Both the position numbers and the translations under genes were made by a program. Below are positions 11,341-25,605 of a stretch of DNA of 64,000 bases, one piece after another. Origin of the DNA: Octopus vulgaris (Eukaryota); contig OX597839.1 of assembly GCA_951406725.2 (NCBI GenBank), forward strand, positions 13,702,001-13,766,000, written 5' to 3'. The notes beneath the pieces are model-generated. The model saw only the letters and a program-made list of their open reading frames with translations, made no database searches and was not told the origin of the DNA. The first letter of the stretch is position 1. Each line of letters begins with the position of its first letter.

Positions 11341-11844
11341 CACACAATTGTTTAACAAAAGGTTTGCAGAAAAGCCGGGTAACAAATCGAACTGACATTC
11401 ATCGAATTTGTCGATTAGAAAGTGCAACGGCGAAGACTAATGAAACATTCCAATGTTTCTCCATTTGAGTTTCTCGGAATTTACGTATACAGTCACATGT
11501 GTGTGTATGTATGTAGATATATGGCACATACATGCATAAAAAGTAATAAAACACACGCATGTATTAAAATGACATATACACACACACACACTTAACAGAC
11601 GAATGCAAATAATATATCCACATATGCACGTGTACATACATATATACATGCATAGATACATATATGCGCGCACACACACATACATACACAGAGGTGCATT
11701 ATATACACACAAAAAAACTGGAAATATCTTAAACAAAAAGGACCTGTCTGCTTCAATTCTGCTAACTTAAAATAAATCTCAAAGACAAATATATACATTC
11801 ATACAAATAATATATAGGTATATGCAGATAAGCACATCCGTATG

Positions 11845-12350
<506 letters not shown>

Positions 12351-12357
12351 ATAGACC

Positions 12358-13832
12358 TATAGACCTATCTCTCTGACCTCACACATCAGCAAGGTCATGG
12401 AACAAATAGTCAGAAGGAAGCTGATCACCTTCCTTGAAGAGAATGACTTGCTGCCCGACACCCAACATGGTTTCCGACCAGGGAGAAGCTGTTTAACTCA
12501 GCTCCTACAACACTATGACTGGGTGCTGAAACGGCTGCTCAACCACTCAAATGTGGAAGTGATATATCTCGACTTTGCAAAGGCCTTTGATAAAGTCGAT
12601 CATGGAATGATATGTCACAAACTGCGTGATCTCAACATAGTTGGAAAACTGGGAGAATGGCTTCATGACTTTCTGAAAGATAGAAGTCAGGTGGTAGTGG
12701 CCAATGGGGCCACTTCCATTAACACGCAAATAGTGAGCGGTGTTCCGCAGGGCACTGTTCTGGGACCACTACTGTTCATAATGGCCCTCTCAGACATGCC
12801 CTCAGCCACGCAGAGAGCCACGATCACAAGTTATGCAGATGATACAAAAGTTTCACAGGCAATACAGAACCCTGAGGACACTAAACACCTGCAATGTGAG
12901 CTGGACGAAATATACAAGTGGGCTGAAAAGAATAGCATGCAGTTCAATGCTGGAAAGTTTCAAGCTTTATACTATCAGCATGCAAAACTGAATGCAATAC
13001 CCAATGAATACACTGGACCCGGAGGTATTGCAATCCCAGAGGCACAATCAGTGCGTGACCTGGGTATTCACATGAGTGATGACGCGACCTTTCATGTACA
13101 TGTTGCTAAACTGACAATGAAATGTAGACGGCTGGCTGGATGGATTCTTAGAACCTTTAGAACAAGAGAACAAGAAACCATGATGGTCCTCTGGAAGACA
13201 CTTGTCCTAAGCCACTTTGACTATTGCTCTCAGCTATGGTCACCATCCAGTGTCAAGTTGATCACAGAACTTGAGGCGATCCAACGAAGCTACACGAAGA
13301 AGATAGCCTCTATGCAGAATGTAAGCTACTGGGAAAGACTCAAGAGATTAAAATTATATTCCCTGGAGCGTAGGCGGGAAAGATATGCCATAATATACAT
13401 CTGGAAGATCCTGGAGGGAAGTGTCCTGAACTTTGGCATCGAGAGTTACGCAAATGCCAGAACTGGGCGCCACTGCGTGGTGCCTAGGACTCCAAACCTG
13501 CCATCAAGATGTAGGACAAGATTCTGTGATAGCGTGGGCTTCCGAGGCCCACAGCTCTTCAATATCCTCCCGAAGAACCTGAGAGACCTGCATGGGGTGG
13601 ATACAGATGTCTTTAAAATGAAGCTGGATCTCTTCCTGTCAGGTGTCCCAGATGAACCAACTTCACGGCAGGAGGGGCAGATGAGGGCAGCTGCATCGAA
13701 CTCTCTCATGCACCAAATAGCAGTTGCTAGAAAGCCCCCATGAAGTGAAACCAAGTAGCAACACCAAATGGCAGTGCCCCAGCATGGTCACAGCTCATAA
13801 GCTGAAACTAGAATCAATCAATCAAAAAATCA

Positions 13833-13835
<3 letters not shown>
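12358..13835 (+). mobile_element. 5'-truncated CR1-clade LINE
   Basis: Begins at [13 protein letters not shown], short 3' UTR with stem-loop, (AATC)-like tail. Confidence 0.9.
12397..13743 (+). CDS. LINE ORF2 reverse transcriptase domain and C-terminus (open, N-terminally truncated)
   Basis: QHGFRPGRSC, YLDFAKAFDKV, GVPQGTVLGPLLF, YADD, RDLG, and CR1-type 'YWERLKRLKLYSLERRRER'. Confidence 0.92.
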   Translation: MEQIVRRKLITFLEENDLLPDTQHGFRPGRSCLTQLLQHYDWVLKRLLNHSNVEVIYLDFAKAFDKVDHGMICHKLRDLNIVGKLGEWLHDFLKDRSQVVVANGATSINTQIVSGVPQGTVLGPLLFIMALSDMPSATQRATITSYADDTKVSQAIQNPEDTKHLQCELDEIYKWAEKNSMQFNAGKFQALYYQHAKLNAIPNEYTGPGGIAIPEAQSVRDLGIHMSDDATFHVHVAKLTMKCRRLAGWILRTFRTREQETMMVLWKTLVLSHFDYCSQLWSPSSVKLITELEAIQRSYTKKIASMQNVSYWERLKRLKLYSLERRRERYAIIYIWKILEGSVLNFGIESYANARTGRHCVVPRTPNLPSRCRTRFCDSVGFRGPQLFNILPKNLRDLHGVDTDVFKMKLDLFLSGVPDEPTSRQEGQMRAAASNSLMHQIAVARKPP

Positions 13836-13871
<36 letters not shown>

Positions 13872-13938
13872 AATTTATATATATATTTATATATATATAT
13901 ATATATAATATAAATTTATATATATATATATAATATAA

Positions 13939-14184
13939 ATTTCTTTACTGCCCACAAGGGGCTAAACACAGAGGGGACAAACAAAGACAGACAGACGGAT
14001 TAAGTCGATTATATCGACCCCAGTGCGTAACTGGTACTTATTTAATCGACCACGAAAGGATGAAAGGCAAAGTCGCCCTCGGCGGAATTTGAACTCGGAA
14101 CGTAGCGGCAGACGAAATACCTATTTCTTTACTACCCACAAGAGCGGACAAACAAGGACAGACAAACGGATTAAGTCGATTATA
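13939..14184 (-). mobile_element. SINE family C, two Tx1-tailed units in tandem
   Basis: Junction 'aaagaaat-aggtatttcgtctgccgctacg' on the minus strand. Confidence 0.85.
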
Positions 14185-14438
14185 TATAATATATATATAC
14201 ACACACACAAAGAATAGGGAAAGAGACAAAAAAGAGATAGATAGATAGATGGATACAGAGAGAGAGAGAGGGGGATGAAATACAGAGACAGAGAGAGAGA
14301 GAAAGAGAGGATGAAAGACAGAGAGAGAGAGACAAAGAGAGGAAGAAATACAGAGATACAGAGAGAGAGAGAAAAACGAATGACAAAACTAGATGATCAC
14401 GTAATGAAAAAAAAAGTCCAGTCCGGCATAGTTTCGGT

Positions 14439-15303
14439 TGTAGTAGCACAGATTTCCGTCGATTTCCGTAAAAAACTTTTATTTTTTTACATAAGTAATG
14501 AGAGCGAAAGAGACTAAGAGGAAGCGATTTTACGACGAGAAGGTTTCACTTTGAAGTCGGCCTGTGTGTGTTTGATGGGGTGTGGGAGACAGACAGTATG
14601 TTGTGTAAGTGAAGTGCTTCTGTTAGTGTGTGCGAAGAGACAGACATACATATACACATACACCGAGTACATACATACATACATACACACACACACATAC
14701 ATAGATACATACACACACACACATACACACATACATACACACACACATACTTACACACACACACACACACACATACATGCAGACATACATATACACATAC
14801 ATCGAGTAAAAAATTACACTGAATCGACCATACATACATACACACATACATACATACACATACACACATACATAGATACATACACACACACACATACATG
14901 CAGACATACATATACACATACACCGAGTAAAAAATTACGATGAATCGGCCATACATACATACATACACACACACATACTTACACACACACACATACATAG
15001 ATACATGCATACATACATATACACATACATGCATACATACATATACACATACACCGAGTAAAAAATCAGTTATCTCTCTCTTTCACACATTACTCTCTCT
15101 GTCTCTTCGCACACACTAACAGAAGCACTTCACTTACACAACATACTGTCTGTCTCCCACACCCCATCAAACACACACAGGCCGATTTCAAAGTGAAACC
15201 TTCTCGTCATAAAATCGCTTCCTCTTAGTCTCTTTCGCTCTCATTACTTATGTAAAAAAATAAAAGTTTTTTACGGAAATCGACGGAAATCTGCGCTACG
15301 ACA
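14439..15303. repeat. Inverted repeat with ~205-bp near-identical arms (14439-14643 / 15099-15303) around a tandem spacer
   Basis: The arms are reverse complements with few mismatches. The spacer holds ~3 units of ~125-135 bp marked by 'catatacacatacaccgagtaaaaaat'. Confidence 0.9.
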
Positions 15304-15720
15304 TGCGAAACTTCGCCAAAAGTCCTTACTTCAGTGTCAGCGTGTTTCAACTCCTCTTCTCATTACAATGTGTCGTTCTCGCTTCCATTCCTGACTGTCG
15401 TCTCTTGACACCAGACATAGCGATAATGTTGTTGTTGTTGTTAGTGAAAGACACTGATGTTAGGTCTCACCTTTTCTCTCCCTCTCTCCTCTCTTTCTTC
15501 CTAACTCCTCTCTTTCTCTCATACATCTGTGTTTCTGTCGATATTCACTTAACTCTCTCTACCTCTCTTTCCTCCCCTTCACTCTCATATATCTTTATTT
15601 CTGTCTATATTCACTATAACCCTCCTCCTCCTCGTTCTCCCCCCAATACTTCTATCTCTTACCCACTGATTAGTCTTCTCTCTCTCTCCCTCTCCTATAC
15701 ACTCTGATGAATTCTCTCTC

Positions 15721-16146
15721 GGATCTTTTCGGTTTGAACGGCAGTTTTTTCTTGCGGTGTCATGTGAAATTGTCACCAATAATTGTGACCCTAGTATCGA
15801 TCTCTTGCATTTCAATCTATTTTAGGGTTAGGGTTAGAGTTAGGGTGAGGGGAAGGGTATCTTTTTTTTTCTTCACAAATGTAAATAAATCCAATCTGTT
15901 TCTTAAACGAGGGACATATTCATACGGCACAGAATGTTTTCACCTCAATAGACGTCATTGATTGGTTGAAATTGCAGAAATTGAAGGAAAAAAAACAACA
16001 AATATCTTACAAACTATAGAATTTTCTCAATAAAGGCAAGAGAAAAAGATGTTTTATAAACACATTCTACCAGTATACGAAGTTTAAAAGTGTTTAGTTA
16101 CGTGGAAATTATTTTTAAAAAACTGCCTTTCAAACCGAAAAGATCC
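15721..16146 (+). mobile_element. Telomeric-repeat MITE
   Basis: Same TIRs; 'ttagggttagggttagagttagggtgaggg'. Confidence 0.9.
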
Positions 16147-16592
16147 TTTTATTTTACTAACCCCGAAAGGATGAAAGAAAAGGTCATCTTTCGCGGAATT
16201 CAAACTTAGCACAGTCGGAGGGAATGCCGCCAAGCGTATTGCCCAACATGCTAACGATTCTGACAGCCCAGGTCAAGTTACAAAAAGTAAAATTATATTA
16301 AACCGAATTATTACTGAGCACTTTTTGTAGACTCCATATTTATTACGCTTTTTCAAGAAAAGTGGACACAGTGACTTTGGAGTTTCAGCTTGCTAGCCTT
16401 CACCGGACAGTCCGATTAACGTTCCGAGTTCAATTTCTGCCGAGGCCGATTTTTCATATTTTCGGAATCGAGGAAATAAGTGCCAGTTGAGCACCGGGGT
16501 CAATTACATCGATTAATTCCTTTCTGGCAGCCCGATGAAGGCTGTCAGGAAGCCAAAATTTCAGAGTCACTATCATCCACTCTTGAGAAAAT

Positions 16593-16632
<40 letters not shown>

Positions 16633-16633
<1 letters not shown>

Positions 16634-16858
16634 TTTATTTAAAGCAGCGGAAAATTCAACAAAACCTGTTACTCTGAGTTTCACGTTCCTGTTCGTCGGA
16701 CAGTTTTTTCTAGCAAAAACTGTCCGACGAACGGGAACGTGAAACTCAGAGTAACAGGTTTTGTTGAATTTTCCGCTGCTTTAAATAAAGCATATTACTC
16801 TACCACTGGTATTTGAGTACTCTTTTTCCACCTAGTTTTACATTTATGTGTTTACTCC

Positions 16859-16860
<2 letters not shown>
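16633..16860 (+). mobile_element. Penelope-like fold-back cassette
   Basis: 76-bp inverted arms (16633-16708 / 16715-16790), then a 70-bp tail also found at 23516-23605 (-). Flanked by (TA)n. Confidence 0.75.
16716..16762 (+). ncRNA. Type-I hammerhead motif, CCGACGA core (mirror copy on - strand at ~16661-16708)
   Basis: ctgt-CCGACGA-acg ggaa cgt-GAAA-ctcagag-TA-acag. All three stems pair; GUA triplet. Confidence 0.75.
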
Positions 16861-16898
<38 letters not shown>

Positions 16899-16992
16899 CC
16901 GAATCGCTAAGTTACGAGGACGTAGCGAATTGCAAGTTCCAAGTTAGTTGAAGGATAAACAAATAATAATAGATTGCAATCCATCTGCTGTT

Positions 16993-17040
<48 letters not shown>

Positions 17041-17074
17041 TGTGTGTGTGTATGAGTATGTATATATATATATA

Positions 17075-17453
17075 CTAGCAGTATCGCCCGGCGTTGCTCA
17101 GGTTTGTAAGGGAAATAACTATAAAGCATTTTTAGAGAGTTATAGCCAAAAAATAGCAAAAAAATGGGAAAAAAATGATGGTAAATTTTTTTTTGATAGT
17201 TAAAAAAGGTGGAGTTGCGTCCCCTACACAGTTTGTGGTTTGTGTTCCTGATTCTCGACCCCATGTCGAATTTATCGATTTTTTTCAGAACTGGGGGAAC
17301 TTTTCAAAATTTTCGCTGCGTTAGTTTTGAATTATGACATTGTGTGAGTCAAGTTTCATCAGAATCGGTTGAAAGCCGTGGTCAGGGTGAGGGTACAAGC
17401 AAACAGACACACAGAAACACGCACAGACAAACTGCCGTTTATATAGAGAGAGA
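17075..17453 (-). mobile_element. Non-autonomous Helitron
   Basis: TC..CTAG termini and hairpin. Near-identical to 59261-59636. Confidence 0.85.
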
Positions 17454-17480
17454 TGTATGTATATATATATATATATATGC

Positions 17481-17524
<44 letters not shown>

Positions 17525-17527
17525 ATA

Positions 17528-18505
17528 CCACTACTGTTCATAATGGCCCTCTCAGACATGCCCTCAGCCACGCAGAGAGCCACGATCACAAGTTATGCAG
17601 ATGATACAAAAGTTTCACAGGCAATACAGAACCCTGAAGACACTAAGCACCTGCAATTTGAGCTGGACAAAATATACAAGTGGGCTAAAAAGAATAGCAT
17701 GCAGTTCAATGCTGAAAAGTTTCAAGCTTTATACTATCAGCATGCAAAACTAAATGCAATACCCAATAAATACACTGGATCTGGAGGAATTGCAATACCA
17801 GAGGCACAATCAGTGCGAGACCTGGGTATTTATATGAGTGATGATGCAACCTTTCATGTGCATGTTGCTAAATTGGCAATGAAATGTAGGCGGCTGACCG
17901 GATGGATTCTTAGAACCTTTAGAACAAGAGACCAGGAAACCATGATGGTCCTCTGGAGGACACTTGTCCTAAGCCACTTTGACTATTGCTCTCAGCTATG
18001 GTCACCATCCAGTGTCAAGTTAATCACAGAACTTGCAGCGATCCAACGAAGCTACACAAAGAAGATAGCCTCCATGCAGCATATAAGCTATTGGGAAAGA
18101 CTCAAGAGATTGAGACTCTATTCCTTAGAGCGTAGGCGAGAAAGATATGCCATAATATACATCTGGAAGATCCTAGAAGGACTTGTCCCAAACTTTGGCA
18201 TCGAGAGTTACACAAATGCCAGAACTGGGTGCCACTGCATAGTGCCAAGGACTCCAAATTTGCCATCAAGATGTAGGACAAGATACTGTGATAGCCTGGG
18301 CTTCCGAGGCCCACAGCTCTTCAATATCCTCCCGAAGAACCTAAGAGACCTGCATGGGGTGGATGCAGATGTCTTTAAAATGAAACTAGATCTCTTCTTG
18401 TCAGGTGTCCCAGATGAACCAACTTCACGGCAGGAGGTGCAGATGAGGGCAGCTGCATCAAACTCTCTCATGCACCAGATGGCATTTGCTAAAAAGCATT
18501 CGTGA
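17528..18505 (+). pseudogene. Truncated LINE RT fragment (PLLF..YADD..C-terminus), frame open
   Basis: Highly similar to the 12397 ORF. The N-terminus given in the ORF track is microsatellite. Confidence 0.88.
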
Positions 18506-18590
18506 AGTAAAATCATGTAGCAACACCAAATGGCAGTGCCCCAGCATGGCCACAGCATGTGAGCTGAAACTAAATAAAAAAAAAATAAAT
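17528..18590 (+). mobile_element. Second 5'-truncated CR1-clade LINE
   Basis: Collinear with ~12766-13810; same 3' UTR. Confidence 0.9.
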
Positions 18591-19812
<1,222 letters not shown>

Positions 19813-19913
19813 ATGGGTGCATAAATAGTTCAAATTTACAGAAAAAGTCGAAGATAGGTGGGGAACAACAAACAGATGTATTAGTTTAGCACTCGGGAAG
19901 AATGGAAAATGTG

Positions 19914-19947
19914 TTTGACGTTTCGAGGCTACGCTCTTCGACAGAAA
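19914..19947 (-). ncRNA. Minimal hammerhead-like motif, CUGUCGA core, within a PLE-like cassette (~19815-20040)
   Basis: Minus strand ttt-CTGTCGA-a-gagc gtag cctc-GAAA-cgt-c-aaa. Flanks are homologous to the cassettes at 54430 and 61519. Confidence 0.6.
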
Positions 19948-20523
19948 GGATTCAGAGGGGGAAAGAGACTGAGACAGAAAAAAAATGTGTAGGGATTAAC
20001 GGTTCAACATGATGTAATGGCCGGAAGAAAGTGGCAGGCATACATACATATATATACACACACATGCATACATACATATACATACACATACATACATGCA
20101 TGCATATACACACACACATGCACACATACATTCATACACACACACACATATACATACACACATACATGCATACATTCATACAAACACACACACATACATA
20201 CATACATACATACATACATACATACATACATACATACACTCACACATACAAACATACATACATACATACATACATACATGGTGTAGACCATTGGTATAAT
20301 TTATTGAAATAAATAACCGAAAATTTTCAAGGAGGACATCTTCGCGTAGGAATTATAGTTTAGTTTTAGGCTTCTAATATTTTATGATAACTGGTTCTGT
20401 CACAACGATATGTTGTTAGGTCCTAGCCTGGCAGATATCAGAATTTTCCAATACTATAGGAAATACACGCAAACAAGATTTCGAGTTTCCCGCGTATTTA
20501 ATGAAATTTTCCATTGCAATCCA

Positions 20524-20556
<33 letters not shown>

Positions 20557-20939
20557 ACCTCGACCACACACATCTGTATACACATATACAGACCTCCTAC
20601 CTTAAGTACACATGCATAGAACTTCCTCCCTCGACCATGCGTACAAACATTAAGAATGCGTATTGAGACATGTATGTACGCATATATACACGCTACTATA
20701 TATATGTATGCATGTGTATGTGTGTGTGTACGTTTAAATGTTAGTATTATGTATATGTTTGCGCGGGGAATCTGCCGTGTATAAGAATGTGTAGGGTCTC
20801 TCTCTTTCATTCTATTTGTATAAACACACAGAACATATCCGCACAGACTCATACAATAACACGCACAAATATGTTTACAAACATTACATGTGCTGCACAC
20901 ACATACACAAACATTACGGTACACGTGTTGCACACATAC

Positions 20940-21250
20940 ACACACTAGCCTAGACACAGAAATACACACGCATATAGGAATACACACACACACACACTAG
21001 CCTAGACGTCTCACACATGCACAGAAATACATACGCATATAGGAATACACACACATACACACACACACACACACTAGCCCAGACGTGTCACACATGCACA
21101 GAAATACACACGCATATAGGAATACAGACACACAGTAGCCTAGACGTGTCACACATGCACAGACACAGAAATACACACACTGTCTTAGACGTGCTGCATA
21201 GACAAGACACACATACACTACTCTAGATGTGTTACATACACACAAATGCA
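20940..21250. repeat. Degenerate minisatellite, ~50-75-bp units
   Basis: Recurrent 'ctagcctagacgtgtcacacatgcacagaaatacacacgcatataggaatacac'. Confidence 0.8.
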
Positions 21251-21595
21251 GAGATAGGCTAACACATACAGATGACGGACTACACTGACACATACATACA
21301 TACACGCATGTATGTACGCACGTAGACACAATACGGCGGTCGGACGGAAGTGAAACCTCTAAGTCTGGCAGCAGCTCCCTTCCTTTGTATTTGTGTAATG
21401 GTGAGGTCTGTCTGTCTGTGGTGTCTTCCTCCTACCCCGTCATCACGGCACATGCTGTTGCATTGAGAAACACAGATACTCATGCACGCACGCACGCAGG
21501 CACACACACACAAAGACAGGTATAAGTAGATAGATAGACAGACAGACAGGTAGGTAAGTAGGTAGATAGATATAGATAGACATAGATAGATAGAA

Positions 21596-21646
<51 letters not shown>

Positions 21647-22099
21647 TAGATAGATAGACAGATAGACAGCTAGACAGGCAGATAAGATATAGGTAGACAG
21701 ACATAGGTCGATAGATAGATAGATAGGTCGATAGATAGATAGATAGACAGACAGACAGGCAGATAGATAGATATAGGTAGACAGACATAGGTAGATAGAT
21801 AGATAGATAATTAGACAGATTGGAAGAGAGCGGACAAAGATCCGACAGCTGTGAAAGACTAAGACAAATGTGTGTGTCTATGAATCTGTATCTACGTTTG
21901 TATGTATATAAATATATGTATGAATATCTATGTTACACACACACGCACATATATATGCATGTGCTTATGTATGCCTCATGTACGTTCTTTATATATGTAT
22001 GCATGTGTAGTTGAGTTGAGATAGATAATAAGCTTCCGTTTATGAACGAAATGAAAGGGAAAATATGCCAACCATACGGACCTCACATCACAGAGGACA

Positions 22100-22430
22100 C
22101 CAGAAAGAGAGGGTTTACGTCAACAAACTGGAGACCCTGGTGCAACAGGAGGAGAACATTAATAGAAAAATCAGAGAAGTGTGGTTTGAAACTCTTGAGG
22201 GTGTTATGGTACAAGTTTTGGAAAGAGCACACGTGTGCAAAGCTGAAAATGGCTGCCATTTAAGTGATGCCATTTTTTATATGTGATGTAATGGTGTTGC
22301 AAAAGTTGACTTGTGCATATTAATTTCCATTATGTCCTTTATATTGTATCAAAATTTTATGCATTTATCTGTAAAGTTAAGGAAGTTATTAAAAATTGAA
22401 ACCCACCGGTGACTTTTGGGACACCCTGTA
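22100..22430 (+). mobile_element. Tc1/mariner-superfamily transposase C-terminal remnant plus right TIR
   Basis: KERVYVNKLETLVQQEENINRKIREV..ETLEGVM..VLERAHVCKAENGCHLSDAIF. Ends 'ttttgggacaccctg|ta'. Confidence 0.8.
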
Positions 22431-22471
22431 TTAGTCAACAATAAGGAGTACAGTTGGACAGTTATTTTTTA

Positions 22472-22577
22472 ATCACTACACACGTTTCCATACAACATAA
22501 ATCCACATAAATACAGGAATTTGATTATGTAACAGTTTACTTGTATAATGTAATCCAGTCGTATTTCTTCAGGTGAT
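22472..22577 (-). ncRNA. Type-I hammerhead motif with extended stem II
   Basis: Minus strand atcac-CTGAAGA-aatacgac..gttgtatg-GAAA-cgtgtg-TA-gtgat. Confidence 0.7.
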
Positions 22578-22584
22578 ATTAAAT

Positions 22585-22747
22585 TGCCATTTTTCATATG
22601 TGATACGGTGGTGTTGCACAATTTGACTTGTGCATATTAATTTCCATTATGTCCTTTGTATTGTATCAAAATTTCATGCATTTATCTGTAAAGTTAAGGA
22701 AGTTATTCAAAATTGAAACCCATCAGTGACTTTTGGGACACCCTGTA
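22585..22747 (+). repeat. Direct duplicate of the Tc1/mariner 3' end (22268-22430)
   Basis: ~163 bp, few mismatches, again ends 'ggacaccctgta'. Confidence 0.9.
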
Positions 22748-22887
22748 TATGGATATACATATAATGAAGTTCATGATATATACTTCTTATTTCCTTGTCT
22801 TTCTTAATACTGCCCTGTACTCAACTGATGCGTTGTACTGAAGTACATCTATATTGAGTTCTAACATCAGGTCATTAGTATCGTTTT

Positions 22888-23085
22888 CATCATCATCACC
22901 ACCACCACCACCATCAATTAACCTCCGCTTTCCATGCTGGCAAGGGTTGACAGCTTGACAGGAATTGGCAAGACCAGGGGCCCAGCAGATTCCATAATCT
23001 GCTTTGGCTTGGTTTCTTTCTATAGCTGGATGCCCTTCCTAATGCCAACCACTTTACAGAGTGTACTGGGTGCTTTTTACATAAC
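22888..23085 (-). mobile_element. SINE-like family B, diverged
   Basis: 'ccgctttccatgctggca..ggatgcccttcctaatgccaacc'. Confidence 0.75.
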
Positions 23086-23942
23086 CCTACCACCCACACC
23101 AATGTTTTTTATGTGGCATCTTTTCACTTGGAACCCTATTTGTTTTCTGTATTTTTTCCCCAAAATATGTTTGGCGTGTGATTTGAGCATATATATATAT
23201 ATATATGGCCTGCTCGCTTAGCCAGCGGGGTGGCGTCATTTGAAGGCTAAAACAATGCGAAGAGCATTGTGACCAGCGATGTGTAGCAACATCTGATAGC
23301 CTGGTCGGTCATGTGATCATGTGATATATATATATATATATATGTGTGTGTGTACATAAAAAAAAATATATGTATGTATATATATATTGGCATTTTGCTG
23401 AGATTTTTCTTCAGAACACACTCTTCATGGTAATGGCGATTTGACGTCTATGTTTAGCATATTAGGTGTCTACTTTAGTGGTCATTCCTCTTAATTTTGT
23501 ATATATATATATATACCGGAGTAAACACATAAACGTGAAACAAGGTGGAAAAAAAGAGTACTCAAATACCAGAGGTAGAGTAATATGCTTTATTTAAATA
23601 AAGCATATATATATATATAAGTATATGTATATATATTTATACACACACACACATATATGTATGTATATAATGGTAACTTGATACACAAATACCTGTCAAG
23701 TTTCTTTGATGTTTGAGAAACCTGTCTGTGTATGAAAGACTTGGTGATAAACAATGGGTCACGTATTACTGCCCTTGATCTCTATTGTCAAATAGATGTA
23801 CAAAGGTGGCTTGGTAAATATGCTTAGACTAAGCTTAGGTTGTTTGAAATTAAAATTATGGGGCACCATATTTTAAAGTACTCTGATCTGACACATATAT
23901 TCAAATATATGTATATCTATCTGTCTGTCTGCCTGTCTCTCC

Positions 23943-23997
<55 letters not shown>

Positions 23998-25605
23998 CAT
24001 ATATATATATATGTATGTGTATATATATATGTATATATATATGTATGTGTATATATATACTATATATATGTGTATATATATATATCAATCTATATCTGTT
24101 TGTCTATCTATCTGTGTCTGTCTGTCTATCTATCTATCTCTCCCTCTATCTATCTACCTATTTGTTTGTCTATCTCCCTCTCTCTTTCTCTCTCTTCTTT
24201 CCCCTCTCTTTTTTCCTCTCTCTCTCTCTCTCCCACTTCTCACACTGTGGCTAGGTAACCATGTACCTCCTCCAGAGCAAGGCATGTGTTTCTGCCTCTC
24301 GGTATATATATATACTCTTATATATAATTGCTGTGTTTTTACTGAGATCTCCCTTTTTAGTAGAAGAAATAGCTATAACTCTTTGACTGCTATTTCTAAA
24401 TTCGGTCTGTGGTAAGGCAATTCGTTGCTAAACCCTTTATTGCTTAGTATAAATATATATATATATTTATATATATATATAAATATATATATATTTATAT
24501 ATATATATATTTATATATATATATAAATATATATATATTTATATATAAATATATATATATTTACTCTTTTACTTGTTTCAGTCATTTGACTGTGGCCATG
24601 CTGGAGCACCACCTTTTTTAGTTGAGAAAATCGACCCCAGGACTTATTCTTTGTAAGCCTAGTACTTATTCTATAAAAATATGAATGTAGATATAGATAC
24701 ATATGTGTGTGTGTATATGTAGACATGTGTGTGTGTGTGTGCATGCGCATGTACATGTGTGTATACATATTCACCCAATATATCATCATCATCATCATCA
24801 AAATTATCATTATTATTATCATTACTTTACAGGTTTCACTCAAAGTGTAATTATGTAGTCATGAAGATAGTGTGCAGTAACAGAATCCTATGGAAGTCAT
24901 TTGTTCTGATCAAATTCCAACCAACTTCCTCAAGAAAAGCTGTAAAGAAACAGCCTGTAGTTTGTTGGAATCCATTTCACACGTACTTGTATTTACATCT
25001 AATAAATTACCAACATTTGATTTCTCAGCATTATCAATATAGTAACAAACAACTACAATGTTATCTGTTGAGAAACAAACTTGTTTGGCTGCCTGCCAAG
25101 CGATAGTACCCCAGACCTTCTATTTTTGTGTAGACATGGAATTATCAAATGGACATAATACTGTTGTTCAAAAGCTCTCTAAATAGGAAATTCCTAAAAT
25201 TTTTATCATTTCAAATCAAACTTATTTTTCATCACACATCAATGCAGCCATCAATACTCAGACTTGACCTGTTTCTGTTACATTCTAATTGAGGATCAAG
25301 GACTGTCTTTCTCAAAGTGGGCTCCCTAAAAAAATTCTTTTTATATAAAGTTTCCTTTTTATATAAAATTTAAAAAACAAAATTATTTAATAAAAACATG
25401 CTATTCATCATTTCAAAGTAATGCTATTACATAAATGCAGTGCTCCAGCATGGCCACAGTCAAATGACTGAAACAAGTAAAGAGTAATATATATCATCAT
25501 CATCATCATCATCATTGTTTAGTGTCCGTTTTCCATGCTAGCATGGGTTGGACTATATATATATATATATATATATAATATATTATATAATATATATATA
25601 ATATA

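Noticed and set aside
15822-15856. Telomere or chromosome-fusion relic
   Set aside because: The TTAGGG units are few and always at the same position inside a TIR element.
24833-24981. Candidate plus-strand exon after 'tttacag'
   Set aside because: Weak donor and no recognisable protein; nothing supports it beyond non-repetitive composition.
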